The notes under the pieces were generated by a model. That model worked only from the letters and a program-made list of their open reading frames with translations, was not told the DNA's origin and did not search any database. Positions 55,572-64,000 of a DNA stretch of 64,000 nucleotides are shown here, piece after piece. The translations under genes and the position numbers were made by a program. The stretch is from Candidatus Sumerlaeia bacterium (GTDB lineage: Bacteria; Sumerlaeota; Sumerlaeia; SLMS01; JAHLLQ01). The stretch lies in assembly GCA_028284075.1 (NCBI GenBank), contig JANQSL010000053.1:4316-68315 (forward strand), in the 5' to 3' direction. Positions within the stretch are counted from its first letter, which is position 1, and each line of letters begins with the position of its first letter.

Positions 55572-56093
55572 TCAGTTGATCGCGCAGCCTTCGCGCTCGA
55601 GGAGCCAGCGTTTCATTTCACTGCCGCCACCATAGTTTCCCAGGCTATAGCCCGCGGATAGGACCCGATGGCATGGAATCACGAGCGGTAAGGGATTGGT
55701 ACTCATGACCTGTCCGACTGCCTGTCCGTAGTTCCGCCATTTCGGATATCCGGCCTCTCGTGCGAGTTCAATATAGGTGACAACGCTTCCCCGTGGGATG
55801 GTTGCACAGGCTTCAAGAATCCGGCGCTTGAAGTCCCGGCAGTCCGGCCATTCAATGACGGGCACGAGGTCGGTCGGAGTCCCGCTCCCCTCAAAGAACT
55901 TCCCCAGTTCCGAAGCACATTCGGCGGGAAAGTCTCTGCGGGTTTCCTGAAGGTCTTCCCCCGGGAACAAACCCGTCACCAGGTTCGAGACAGGCATCTC
56001 CCTCGAAGGAAGACACACGCGGAGAATACGATCGTCGAGACAGACCACGGCGCCGTCACCAAATCGAGTTTTGTAACGGCTCCACACGATCAT
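55572..56093 (-). CDS. ogt: Methylated-DNA--protein-cysteine methyltransferase
   Basis: Active-site PCHRV motif (LVIPCHRVLSAGYSLGNYGGG) and the helix-turn-helix DNA-binding domain upstream of it. Confidence 0.85.
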   Translation of the reverse strand: MIVWSRYKTRFGDGAVVCLDDRILRVCLPSREMPVSNLVTGLFPGEDLQETRRDFPAECASELGKFFEGSGTPTDLVPVIEWPDCRDFKRRILEACATIPRGSVVTYIELAREAGYPKWRNYGQAVGQVMSTNPLPLVIPCHRVLSAGYSLGNYGGGSEMKRWLLEREGCAIN

Positions 56094-56527
56094 GATATGT
56101 AGGCCGGACGCGGCGGGCCACGTGGTGCCTCAGAGGTCTTTGCAGAGAGGCTTGGGCAGGATATGCGGAGAGGTGGGAACAACTCGCACCGTTCGTTTGC
56201 CGCAAAGCGATTCGATGTGATGGCATCAACAGCCGCGATTTCCGCCGGAGACCGGTTATCCTGCTCCCCGCTACGAGCGATGCCTGCAGGAGGGTCGTCA
56301 AGAAAGCGTTCTCCCGCCGGAAGATCGCACAGTCTTCGCTGGCGTTCCTGCAGGGTGGAAAGATTTTCAAGCCGCAGGATTTGTTGTGAAACCGAAGTGC
56401 CACGAAGAGATTCCGCGCCGGAAGGGCCCAGCAGACAGGTGGCGGCCAGCGGCATAACCATCGCCAGGACAAGGGGGCGGCGATGGATGGGAGTGTGGCG
56501 GCTGATGGTGCTGATAACCCGGCTCAT
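56090..56527 (-). CDS. Small hypothetical secreted protein, possibly co-transcribed with ogt
   Basis: 145 aa ORF with a signal-like N-terminus (RRPLVLAMVMPLAATCLLG). Its stop overlaps the ogt start. No homology recognisable. Could be spurious. Confidence 0.35.
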   Translation of the reverse strand: MSRVISTISRHTPIHRRPLVLAMVMPLAATCLLGPSGAESLRGTSVSQQILRLENLSTLQERQRRLCDLPAGERFLDDPPAGIARSGEQDNRSPAEIAAVDAITSNRFAANERCELFPPLRISCPSLSAKTSEAPRGPPRPAYIS

Positions 56528-56647
56528 GGCGCCAGATCAAGGCGGCGGCGGGGTGCGACTGTCAAGGGAGGCTGACAGCCGAGGCCTCGGTTTCCTCTTT
56601 CCCGCCGCCATACAAGACGGCTTAATCCTGGCTGAGACCCTGACCTT

Positions 56648-58066
56648 ATGACTTTCAGGAAATCCCGCAGCTCGCGTTCGACTGGATCCGCCGCGCGGCT
56701 CTCCATTGCCGTTCTTGCGATCCTGCTCTTGTTACTGAACGCCGGAGGCTGGATTCTTGGGACCCGTCTGGTCCGGACTCAGGAGTATATGGTGATACGC
56801 GGGATGGCTCAGACAGCGGCCTATGTTGCCCGTGTAATCCAGCCTGAAAATCTGTATTTCCTTGAGATTGCCTGGGACCCTTCAACCGAAACCACTGATT
56901 TCGAAACGCTGGCGGAGTACACGGAACTCCCGCCGGTTGAGTGGCTTGTCGATGCACTGGGTCGGGCTTCGGACAACGAGACGACAATTGCGATCGTCTC
57001 TCCGGATGGCTGGCTCGTCGCGGACGCGACGGGGTTCTATTCGGAACAGATCAGACCGGAATCGTACAACTCGGATATTCAGCTTATCGCGACAGCTGCG
57101 GCGGGAATTGCGGCTTCGAACCGGGATGATCATGGCGATCCATCCAAGCGAGTCTGGCAACCGCTTGTCGGTGAGGATGGCGATGTTATTGCACTGGTCC
57201 GTCTTGAGAACAGGACTCTCTCCGGTTTTCCCCGAGAGCGGATTGTGCGCCGTCTGACCCTGGGGTCGGTTCTGGCGACGATATTGATCGTTTTTCTCTG
57301 GTGGAGCTTGTCACGGCTGGTTACGCGCACGTTGCGAGCGGAGAGGGTTGCCGAGCAAGGTGATCGGCTTCGAGCACTGGGAACGGCAACTGCCGGTGTC
57401 GCGCATGAAATCCGCAACCCGCTCGGAATTATTCTTTTGACGGCTGAGGAGATCGAGGCGGTTGCTCAGAAGATCGTCGATGACCGTCGCCGTCGTGCCG
57501 TTCTCGATCTGACAGGCGATCTAAAGGACGAAGCAAGGCGCCTGGGGCGACTGACGGACGATTTCCTTGCTTTGGCCCGCGACAAGTCGGATCCAGGTTT
57601 GCCTCAGGAGATTGACGTAAACAGATGTTGCCTGCAGGTTGTGCGACTTTTCTCGAAAGGTGTTTCGCAGTCACTGAAGGTTGATCTTGAGCCGACGAAT
57701 GAGAAGATCTTTGTGAAATTTCATGACGCCCGTCTCCGCCAGGTTCTCTTGAATCTGTTGCGCAACGCTCAGGAGGCTCTTGGTCAGCAGGACGACGGTC
57801 GAATTGTGCTTAGGACAGAGAGACGGCGCGAATTCGCCGTCATCGAGATAATCGACAACGGGCCCGGATTGGATGCTCAAACCCTTGCGCGTGTCTTTGA
57901 CCCCTTCTATACAACTAAAAGTGAAGGAACCGGGCTCGGGCTTTCAGTGAGCCGGTCCCTGGTGGAAGCGGGTAAGGGAATGCTCGAACTGGAAAGTGAG
58001 CCCGACCGCTCCACAACAGCCCGCGTGACATTGCCTTTGTTGGCAAAGAACCAAAGTTCTGATTAG
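56648..58066 (+). CDS. Sensor histidine kinase (two TM helices, periplasmic sensor, HisKA + HATPase_c)
   Basis: H-box LGTATAGVAHEIRNPLGII. N, G1 and G2 boxes (LLRNAQEA, IDNGPGL, GTGLGLS). No response regulator gene adjacent. Confidence 0.85.
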   Translation: MTFRKSRSSRSTGSAARLSIAVLAILLLLLNAGGWILGTRLVRTQEYMVIRGMAQTAAYVARVIQPENLYFLEIAWDPSTETTDFETLAEYTELPPVEWLVDALGRASDNETTIAIVSPDGWLVADATGFYSEQIRPESYNSDIQLIATAAAGIAASNRDDHGDPSKRVWQPLVGEDGDVIALVRLENRTLSGFPRERIVRRLTLGSVLATILIVFLWWSLSRLVTRTLRAERVAEQGDRLRALGTATAGVAHEIRNPLGIILLTAEEIEAVAQKIVDDRRRRAVLDLTGDLKDEARRLGRLTDDFLALARDKSDPGLPQEIDVNRCCLQVVRLFSKGVSQSLKVDLEPTNEKIFVKFHDARLRQVLLNLLRNAQEALGQQDDGRIVLRTERRREFAVIEIIDNGPGLDAQTLARVFDPFYTTKSEGTGLGLSVSRSLVEAGKGMLELESEPDRSTTARVTLPLLAKNQSSD

Positions 58067-59223
58067 CGACGAAGAACGGGGCTCCGCTCCGCTTTTGAAG
58101 CAACAATATTCACCTTGAATCCTCTGCTCTTCAGCTCTTCCGAGATTTGGCGCGCGAAACGCTCACAGACAATCGCCTCACTCTCAAAGTGCCCCAGAAG
58201 AACTGCGCCAAATCGGCGATCGCGCACGTCGGTGCACTCGTTATGTCGCAGCTCACCCGTGACCAGAACGTCCGCGGTTCCGTTGCGCCAGCGCTGAACA
58301 GCCTCTCCGCCGGCGCCGGAACAAATCGCCACGCGTCGGACAGGTCTGTCGAGGTCACCGATCACTCCGACGGATCCCAGACTGAAAACATGCTTGCAGG
58401 TTTGAGAAAACGCATCCAGCGATTGAGGCTCCGGAAGATCGCCAATGAGTCCGAGGCCATATCGGGGTTCTGATGTTGATTCGAGCGGGTAAATGTCAAA
58501 CGCGACCTCTTCGTAAGGATGAACATTTCGTACAGCTCGAATGAGAGCGTCGAGACTCGATTTCGGACAAACAACTTCGAGGCGTACCTCATCCTCCGCC
58601 TGTTCCAGCTTTCCGATTTCTCCCGCGTAGGGACTGGCGCCTTCCAGTGGCTGGTAGGTGCCGGTACCGGGTGACCGGAACGTGCAGTGGCTATAGTTTC
58701 CGATGACACCTGCACCCGCAGTGTCCGCGGCAGCGATGACTGCCTCAACATGAGACGTTGGAACGAAAACGACGTACTTGACGTTTCGGTCGATGTCAAA
58801 GGAAGGGAGAAGAAAGCGCCGGTTATCGAGCCTGAGTCTGTCCGCAATTTCCCCGTTCGTTCCGTTTTCGACAGAGTCCACATTCGTATGGGCGGCAATA
58901 AGGGCGATTTCATCTCTTACGAGGCGAACCACATAACCGGGAATTGTGTGACTTTCGTTGAGGTGTTTGAGCGGGCGAAAGATGAGCGGGTGGTGAGTGA
59001 CAATCAGGGTGGAGCCAAGGGTTTTTGCCTCGGCAATCACGTTATCGCTGATTTCCAGAGCGACCAGGATGTTCTTCGCCTCACCTGACGGATGTCCAAG
59101 CTGAAGGCCAACATTGTCCCAGTCCTCTGCCAGCCGGAAAGGGGCGATGGTGTTGATTGATCCCAGAACATCACTGATTTTCGGTGTTTTCTGTTTCCTC
59201 GACAATAATCGATTCCTCGGCAC
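58063..59223 (-). CDS. Nif3-like dinuclear metal centre protein (YqfO/GTP cyclohydrolase 1 type 2 family)
   Basis: N-terminal NIF3 block ISDVLGSINTIAPFRLAEDWDNVGLQ. Inserted PII-like middle domain. C-terminal HFESE metal-binding region. Start is GTG at 59223; an in-frame TTG downstream is an alternative. Overlaps the 3' end of the 59171 ORF. Confidence 0.75.
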   Translation of the reverse strand: MPRNRLLSRKQKTPKISDVLGSINTIAPFRLAEDWDNVGLQLGHPSGEAKNILVALEISDNVIAEAKTLGSTLIVTHHPLIFRPLKHLNESHTIPGYVVRLVRDEIALIAAHTNVDSVENGTNGEIADRLRLDNRRFLLPSFDIDRNVKYVVFVPTSHVEAVIAAADTAGAGVIGNYSHCTFRSPGTGTYQPLEGASPYAGEIGKLEQAEDEVRLEVVCPKSSLDALIRAVRNVHPYEEVAFDIYPLESTSEPRYGLGLIGDLPEPQSLDAFSQTCKHVFSLGSVGVIGDLDRPVRRVAICSGAGGEAVQRWRNGTADVLVTGELRHNECTDVRDRRFGAVLLGHFESEAIVCERFARQISEELKSRGFKVNIVASKAERSPVLRR

Positions 59224-60196
59224 GGAGCTCCTCGAGAAGCGACATGGTTGCAGGGCGAAGGAGCCCCCGGCGCTCGAGATCCTCCAGGATTTTCAGAACA
59301 GCGGTACGCCGTTCGAATTCGGTGAGAGAAAGGTGGAGCGCTCCCACGAGTTTTGTGTCATCCGGGTTGCTGACCAGACCCATGTGGATCTCTCTCATTT
59401 GAAGCGGAAGCAGACCGAGGCCAAAGTACCCCTGCGAAGCGTTTCTCAGCATCCCGCGGTCATTGAGAACCCACCGTTCATCAAAGCGAAACATCCGCAT
59501 GAGATGTTCCGTTGCGAGATCCTGACGGCCCATGCTTTGAGCCGCGAGAATCAGAGAGGCATTAAAGCTTTCGCGCCGGTCGCGCGGCCGGGGAAGCTTC
59601 TCTGCTGCAAGGAAGAGGCTTTGAAATGAAACCTCACGCCATTTGTCCAGGTTCTCATCGTCACCGAGATGACGATAGAGCTCGGCCAGCATGGAAGCCG
59701 CTTCGCCGTGAGTTCGATTGAGAGAGGGTGGGAAGTGATAGCTGCCCTCAGCACGTTCAAGAAGGTCGAGAGCCTCTTCCAGTTTGTCGATGGACATCAG
59801 ATTGAACTGTCGTTCAGAGAAAAACCGCTTCTGTTCGTTGAGCAGAAAGATTGCTCGGTCCCACATGATGAGCGGATTTGCAGGATCTATTTCAAGTGCG
59901 CGCTGCAAGTCAATGTCACGAAGCCGGGAGTCGGCGTCGTGCCTGCCTTTGGCTCTCGCAAAAGCAAGAATGCGCTCCGCCCGGGTTTCTCTGAGGGTGA
60001 CCTGGGTGATGCCCATGGCAGTTGTCAAAAGAATCGCGCACAGGAGCAGCCGTAACCATGCCGGGGGTGCCTTCGGGTCCTTTGGGGATGCTGCCCGGTG
60101 ATTCTCCGCAGTTGCAGCAGTCTCGACCGTTTCCGTTCCGTCTTTCGGAGGCTCTGTTTTTCGAGAAGCTTGCCCCCGTCGTTTGCGCTGACTCAC
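59171..60196 (-). CDS. Membrane-anchored TPR-like hypothetical protein with strongly basic N-terminal tail
   Basis: Start set at GTG 60196 (GGGAGAGGA immediately upstream) to avoid a divergent overlap with fmt. Basic tail SQRKRRGQASRK. TM PAWLRLLLCAILLTTAMGITQV. Helical TPR-like remainder. Acidic C-terminus. Confidence 0.45.
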   Translation of the reverse strand: MSQRKRRGQASRKTEPPKDGTETVETAATAENHRAASPKDPKAPPAWLRLLLCAILLTTAMGITQVTLRETRAERILAFARAKGRHDADSRLRDIDLQRALEIDPANPLIMWDRAIFLLNEQKRFFSERQFNLMSIDKLEEALDLLERAEGSYHFPPSLNRTHGEAASMLAELYRHLGDDENLDKWREVSFQSLFLAAEKLPRPRDRRESFNASLILAAQSMGRQDLATEHLMRMFRFDERWVLNDRGMLRNASQGYFGLGLLPLQMREIHMGLVSNPDDTKLVGALHLSLTEFERRTAVLKILEDLERRGLLRPATMSLLEELRAEESIIVEETENTENQ

Positions 60197-60247
60197 AAGT
60201 CCTCTCCCTGCCAGGTCGGCGGGCGATATTGAAAACGAGGATGCTGC

Positions 60248-61210
60248 ATGAAACTGGCCTTTTTTGGAACGCCCGGGTTTGCGGAGGTCGCTCTTCGCCG
60301 CCTTCTGGAGACGAATCATGAAATCGCTCTGGTCGTGACGCAACCGGACAAACCGGCGGGCAGAGGCCGGAAACTGACTTCGCCTCCCGTGAAGTCGCTG
60401 GCTCTTGCGGGCGGGCTTGAAGTCGCACAGCCGGAGTCCGTGCGTGTCCCTGAGTTCGCTGAGCGGTTGCGGAAACTGGAACTCGATGTCGCGATCGTCG
60501 TTGCTTACGGTAAAATTCTGCCAGGTTCGATTCTCGGTATTCCAAAATATGGATTCCTGAATATTCATGGGTCACTTCTGCCAAAGTATAGAGGTGCGGC
60601 TCCGATCCAATGGGCTGTTGCGCGTGGCGAGTCGAAGACGGGTGTGACGATCATGCAAATTGATGAGGGGCTGGACAGCGGTCCGATGATCTCTTCCCGT
60701 GAAGTTGAAATACTGGAAGATGACGATGCTCGAAGTCTTCACGATATTCTCAGCCATACGGGTGCCGAGCTTCTGGAGGAAACTCTGGCAGGAATCCAGG
60801 CTGAGGGCCGCGTTGAGTCCGTTTCTCAGAACGAGGATGAGGCGACGCACGCGCCACTGATCAGGCGCGAGGACGCTCGCATTGACTGGAACCGTACCAC
60901 GGAGGAAATCATCTGTCATATTCGTGGCTTTGTGCTTTGGCCCGGAGCCCATACAAAACTTAAGGAAACCAGCTTGAAAATTCTCTCTGCAGAGGCTGTT
61001 GATCCGGCATGGATAGAAGTCGACTGGCGGGACGAGCGCATTCCGGCCGGAACCATCGTGGATTCGGTGAAGGGGCGCGGTTTTGTTGTGAGGACCGGGA
61101 GTGGATTGTTATTGGCAACAAGAGTTCGGCCCCAGGGAAAGAAAGAGATGGACGGTGCATCCGCGCTAAACGGAGGGATCGTCCACATCGGGGATCGGTT
61201 CACCGACTGA
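60248..61210 (+). CDS. fmt: Methionyl-tRNA formyltransferase
   Basis: MKLAFFGTPGFA N-terminus. Formyltransferase SLLP motif (NIHGSLLPKYRGAAPIQWA). C-terminal beta-barrel domain. Length 320 aa. Confidence 0.9.
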   Translation: MKLAFFGTPGFAEVALRRLLETNHEIALVVTQPDKPAGRGRKLTSPPVKSLALAGGLEVAQPESVRVPEFAERLRKLELDVAIVVAYGKILPGSILGIPKYGFLNIHGSLLPKYRGAAPIQWAVARGESKTGVTIMQIDEGLDSGPMISSREVEILEDDDARSLHDILSHTGAELLEETLAGIQAEGRVESVSQNEDEATHAPLIRREDARIDWNRTTEEIICHIRGFVLWPGAHTKLKETSLKILSAEAVDPAWIEVDWRDERIPAGTIVDSVKGRGFVVRTGSGLLLATRVRPQGKKEMDGASALNGGIVHIGDRFTD

Positions 61211-63598
61211 ATCAGCGATGTCTTTTCGGACCGCGAAGACGTAGCTGACCCATGACAGCCCCTTGTACTGGCCGGTGCCCGGAAGTTCGCGAAGCCAGTA
61301 GTACCGCCAGAACCCTTTCCACACACGCAGGGACGCTTCGGAATCCTTCCAGGGAAGATAGATCGCTTTCAAGTCCGTCTGTTGTGGCACCCAATGCATA
61401 TGGGCGCGTCCGTCGAAGAGTTCATAGTTTTCCCTGATCCACACGTCGTTGCTGTGGGTTTCCTCCTTGAGGAACAGGAAGTCATAGTCGGGAGCCTGAC
61501 CCTCTGTCGGGAGCATACCCATGTCCCAATCGAGATTGCGCAGATACCATCGCATCGGCCACTGGAGTTCCGGGGAACCCACATAGGTTCGAACAGTGGT
61601 GTCGTCTTCCGATGTGGCAGCCGTTCGCAGAACCAGTTCCGTGTGGATCTTGACCTCTCGCGCGGGATGAGCGTAAATCATACGTTCTCTCACCGTGTCG
61701 AAGTTGATGAACGAAAGAAGTATGCCTGAACGTGCGGAGAGAATGGCCGCCGTTCCGAGAACGACTGTCGAAAGACTCTGCAAAAGAATTCTTCCCGAGG
61801 GTTTCAGTGTTTGAAGATGATTTGCAAACTTCTGCACATAAGCGCCTGTCAGCAGTACAAGTGGAAGCGTGATGTAAATGCCAACCCACGGCACTTTTTC
61901 GCGGGCGTAGGAAACGGCGCCGATTATTGTGACGAGCCACCAGATCAGAAGGGCATGAAACCGCTCACCCCGATGAATGCCGCGCCATGTCAAAATGGTC
62001 CCGATCATGATCAGGAAGCCGATAAGGAAGAGATGCACACCGCTTGTGAGGCTCAGAGTGTCATCAAGATATGCCTTCCCTGACCAGCTCAGTTTCTCAC
62101 CCCCGCGCTGAGTTTCGGAGAAAAGAAACAGTTCCCAGGACTGCGAGTGGAAGTGGTGGAATGACCATGCAACGAAAAGGGTGAAAGCAAGCACGGTAAT
62201 CAATCGCCCTGCACTCGGCTTGAGAGCGATTGCTGTCGCTGTGACGACAATTCCGGCCGAGAGTGTTGCAAACCATGACATTCCAGGATCCAGGCCACGA
62301 AAGAAGAGGCCGTGAAAAATGGCAAGGGCGGCCGCAGCCGGAAGCAATCCGGATGCAAGAGTCCGACTCCATTTCATTCGAAAGAGCGCGAAGAGGCTCG
62401 CGGCGAGCACCAGGAGAAGAGGTCCGGTTTCGTAAACAAGCATATTGAGAAGATGCATGTGGAAGGGTCCCTTGATGCGGTGCTGAGCGTTCTGCCCCAT
62501 CCAGTATTCAAGGGTGTCCTGGTAAATTTCAAACGGACCTGCTGGATAGACAAACACTGTCGTAAAGAGTGCGATGTACAGGGCGAGTCCCGTTCCGGCG
62601 GCCGCTGTAATCCACCAGCGAGCCTCGATTGTCCTTCTCCATATTTCAGCGGTAAGGGTTCGAGCGCCGATCCGGTGTCGTATGAGGATGTTGACCAGCC
62701 ACGTTGATGCGAGACTCCCGGCAAACAGCAAACAATAGAACAGGCGCCAGAATGACGGTTCTCCAAGGGTGCCTGCGCTCTCCACGGGGGCATGCCATCC
62801 CAGCGCGAGAGGCAGAGATTGAACGTTCTTGAGAGGAAAGTCGCGACCGATGGCGCTAACGACACTTGTCTCGTAGGAGATGCCTTCCAGCACTCGTGTC
62901 AGAAAGAGCGTGATGATGGTGAAGCCGGTCAGTGCAACTGGCCATAGAGGAAGAGCGGGCAGCGGAGACGGTATGCTTTCTGTTGTCTTGCAATTTTCAA
63001 TGATCCAGCGAGCGACATCGTGGGTCACAACAAGCAGGGCGAATGTGATGAGAGTGAAATACACGAAAACACAGCTCTCTTTGTTGCAGAAGAGAACGAT
63101 GGAGGCGAAAACAAACGATGCGAGCCAGGCATGATTTCGCGACTTCCACCAGTGAGCAAGGGAGACGATCATCCAAAGAGTCGTGAAGACGAAGAGTCCG
63201 TCGTTTCTGAAGAATCGTTGGTAGAACATCAATGTTGGAGAAAGAGTATAGAAACAGCAGGCTGTCAGCATTCCCCATGGGCCAAGCCATGGTCGCATGC
63301 CGCGGATCCAGAACAGGCCGCCAATACCGAGCAAGGCGCAACCCAGGCGCATAACGAAGGTACTGTCACCGAGCACGCTGAACAGGGCAGCCTGGATCCA
63401 CAGCATCGCCGGCCCGTGAAGGATAGGCTGGTAGTCATAGTTCAGGTTTTCAACGATATGAAACCATGTGTAGTATACAAAAAGAGACTCGTCATGCATC
63501 ACACCACGTTCGTCGAGTCGAAACAGCCTGGTTGCCGCGCAGGTCAGCAGGATGAACAGAAAGACTAAATTCTCGCGCCGTTGTGGAGAGAGCTTCAT
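61166..63598 (-). CDS. Large GT-C fold polytopic membrane protein (PMT_2 / TIGR03663-like putative glycosyltransferase) with C-terminal extracytoplasmic domain
   Basis: About 15 predicted TM helices. Acidic motif in the first loop (GVMHDESLFVYY). About 250-aa soluble C-terminal domain. 45-nt convergent overlap with fmt. Confidence 0.6.
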   Translation of the reverse strand: MKLSPQRRENLVFLFILLTCAATRLFRLDERGVMHDESLFVYYTWFHIVENLNYDYQPILHGPAMLWIQAALFSVLGDSTFVMRLGCALLGIGGLFWIRGMRPWLGPWGMLTACCFYTLSPTLMFYQRFFRNDGLFVFTTLWMIVSLAHWWKSRNHAWLASFVFASIVLFCNKESCVFVYFTLITFALLVVTHDVARWIIENCKTTESIPSPLPALPLWPVALTGFTIITLFLTRVLEGISYETSVVSAIGRDFPLKNVQSLPLALGWHAPVESAGTLGEPSFWRLFYCLLFAGSLASTWLVNILIRHRIGARTLTAEIWRRTIEARWWITAAAGTGLALYIALFTTVFVYPAGPFEIYQDTLEYWMGQNAQHRIKGPFHMHLLNMLVYETGPLLLVLAASLFALFRMKWSRTLASGLLPAAAALAIFHGLFFRGLDPGMSWFATLSAGIVVTATAIALKPSAGRLITVLAFTLFVAWSFHHFHSQSWELFLFSETQRGGEKLSWSGKAYLDDTLSLTSGVHLFLIGFLIMIGTILTWRGIHRGERFHALLIWWLVTIIGAVSYAREKVPWVGIYITLPLVLLTGAYVQKFANHLQTLKPSGRILLQSLSTVVLGTAAILSARSGILLSFINFDTVRERMIYAHPAREVKIHTELVLRTAATSEDDTTVRTYVGSPELQWPMRWYLRNLDWDMGMLPTEGQAPDYDFLFLKEETHSNDVWIRENYELFDGRAHMHWVPQQTDLKAIYLPWKDSEASLRVWKGFWRYYWLRELPGTGQYKGLSWVSYVFAVRKDIADSVGEPIPDVDDPSV

Positions 63599-64000
63599 GG
63601 CTTCATCTCCGGCGGGACGAAGTCATCCGGAAGATAATAGATCGACGAATCTCCGGACTGAAAAGCCAAATCGAGAACGCTGAACTTCTCAATTTCGTTT
63701 TTAAACTGACTGCGTTCAAGTTCCCCCACAACGATATACCGGATCCGGTGGAGCCTCAGGAGTGCGAGGAGGTCATTGGTCCAGGTCGGAGCGCGATAGA
63801 TTTCCCGCATATCTGAAATCAGGTGCTCAGAGAGCTGGAGCATCGTTGGCGGACCGGCTTTTGACTGATCAAAATGCCTCGACAGAGTCATGCGCTGTTC
63901 CTCATCCAGGCCCGGAAAGTGAAGGTGGATGTTGGCGGCGCGCTTGCTCTGCGGCATGATAGCCAGGATTCCAAGAGCCAGCCGGTCGCTTTGACTCGAC
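63595..64000 (-). CDS. Hypothetical protein, 3' part; N-terminus lies beyond the window end
   Basis: Frame stays open upstream of the track M at 63957 to the window edge (…SSQSDRLALGILAIMPQSKRAAN…). Its stop overlaps the start of the 61166..63598 gene (ATGA). Confidence 0.4.
   Translation of the reverse strand, partial: SSQSDRLALGILAIMPQSKRAANIHLHFPGLDEEQRMTLSRHFDQSKAGPPTMLQLSEHLISDMREIYRAPTWTNDLLALLRLHRIRYIVVGELERSQFKNEIEKFSVLDLAFQSGDSSIYYLPDDFVPPEMKP

Noticed and set aside
1-64000. CRISPR arrays, tRNA/rRNA genes, insertion sequences, integrases
   Set aside because: No regularly spaced direct repeats, no cloverleaf-sized conserved structures I could recognise by eye, and no transposase or integrase-like ORFs. 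This needs confirmation with tRNAscan, Infernal or ISfinder, which I cannot run.

Overview
This is a 64 kb, high-GC (about 58-60%) bacterial chromosomal segment densely packed with genes on both strands, with many 1-4 nt start/stop overlaps. No rRNA, tRNA, CRISPR array or mobile element was recognisable by eye. The content looks like the PVC superphylum (Planctomycetota, Verrucomicrobiota and relatives); this placement is an inference. Supporting signs are a GlmU-like hexapeptide-repeat gene overlapping glmS by ATGA, very large secreted multidomain proteins, Pro-Thr linkers, and a secretion ATPase fused to envelope-spanning modules.

Housekeeping and metabolic genes, clockwise:
- glmS and mnmC
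- an agmatine to putrescine pair (aguA and aguB) with a GcvR-like ACT protein
- MazG-like and LOG-family proteins next to a NupC nucleoside transporter
- a Tat-exported three-subunit xanthine-dehydrogenase-family molybdoenzyme plus an SDR
- asnB and secA, each with a clear rho-independent terminator nearby
- ogt, fmt and Nif3
- an orphan sensor histidine kinase

Accessory and envelope content is abundant:
- a 1217-aa secreted protein combining two tandem-duplicated beta-sandwich domains, a GHL10/UPF0748-like hydrolase core and C-terminal RTX-type Ca-binding repeats
- a smaller Ca-repeat protein transcribed divergently from it, across an unusual 0.5 kb AT-rich island with a G8 tract
- a GH31 hydrolase, an FG-GAP/VCBS propeller protein and two M14 peptidases
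- three GT4 or GT-C glycosyltransferase genes

The most unusual finds:
- a GspE/PilB-type secretion ATPase fused behind a signal peptide, an extracytoplasmic module, a TM segment and a zinc ribbon, with no other T2SS or T4P genes nearby
- a 1282-aa TPR, zinc-ribbon, polytopic protein that shares the same N-terminal module and overall plan
- a membrane-spanning eukaryotic-like pseudokinase whose extracytoplasmic domain is a cysteine-less TlpA-like thioredoxin fold, next to two tandem paralogous secreted proteins with the same redox-dead thioredoxin fold
- a small translationally coupled Cys-rich ORF after the molybdoenzyme operon.

All family assignments rest on motifs read by eye from the translations. 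No database search was possible.
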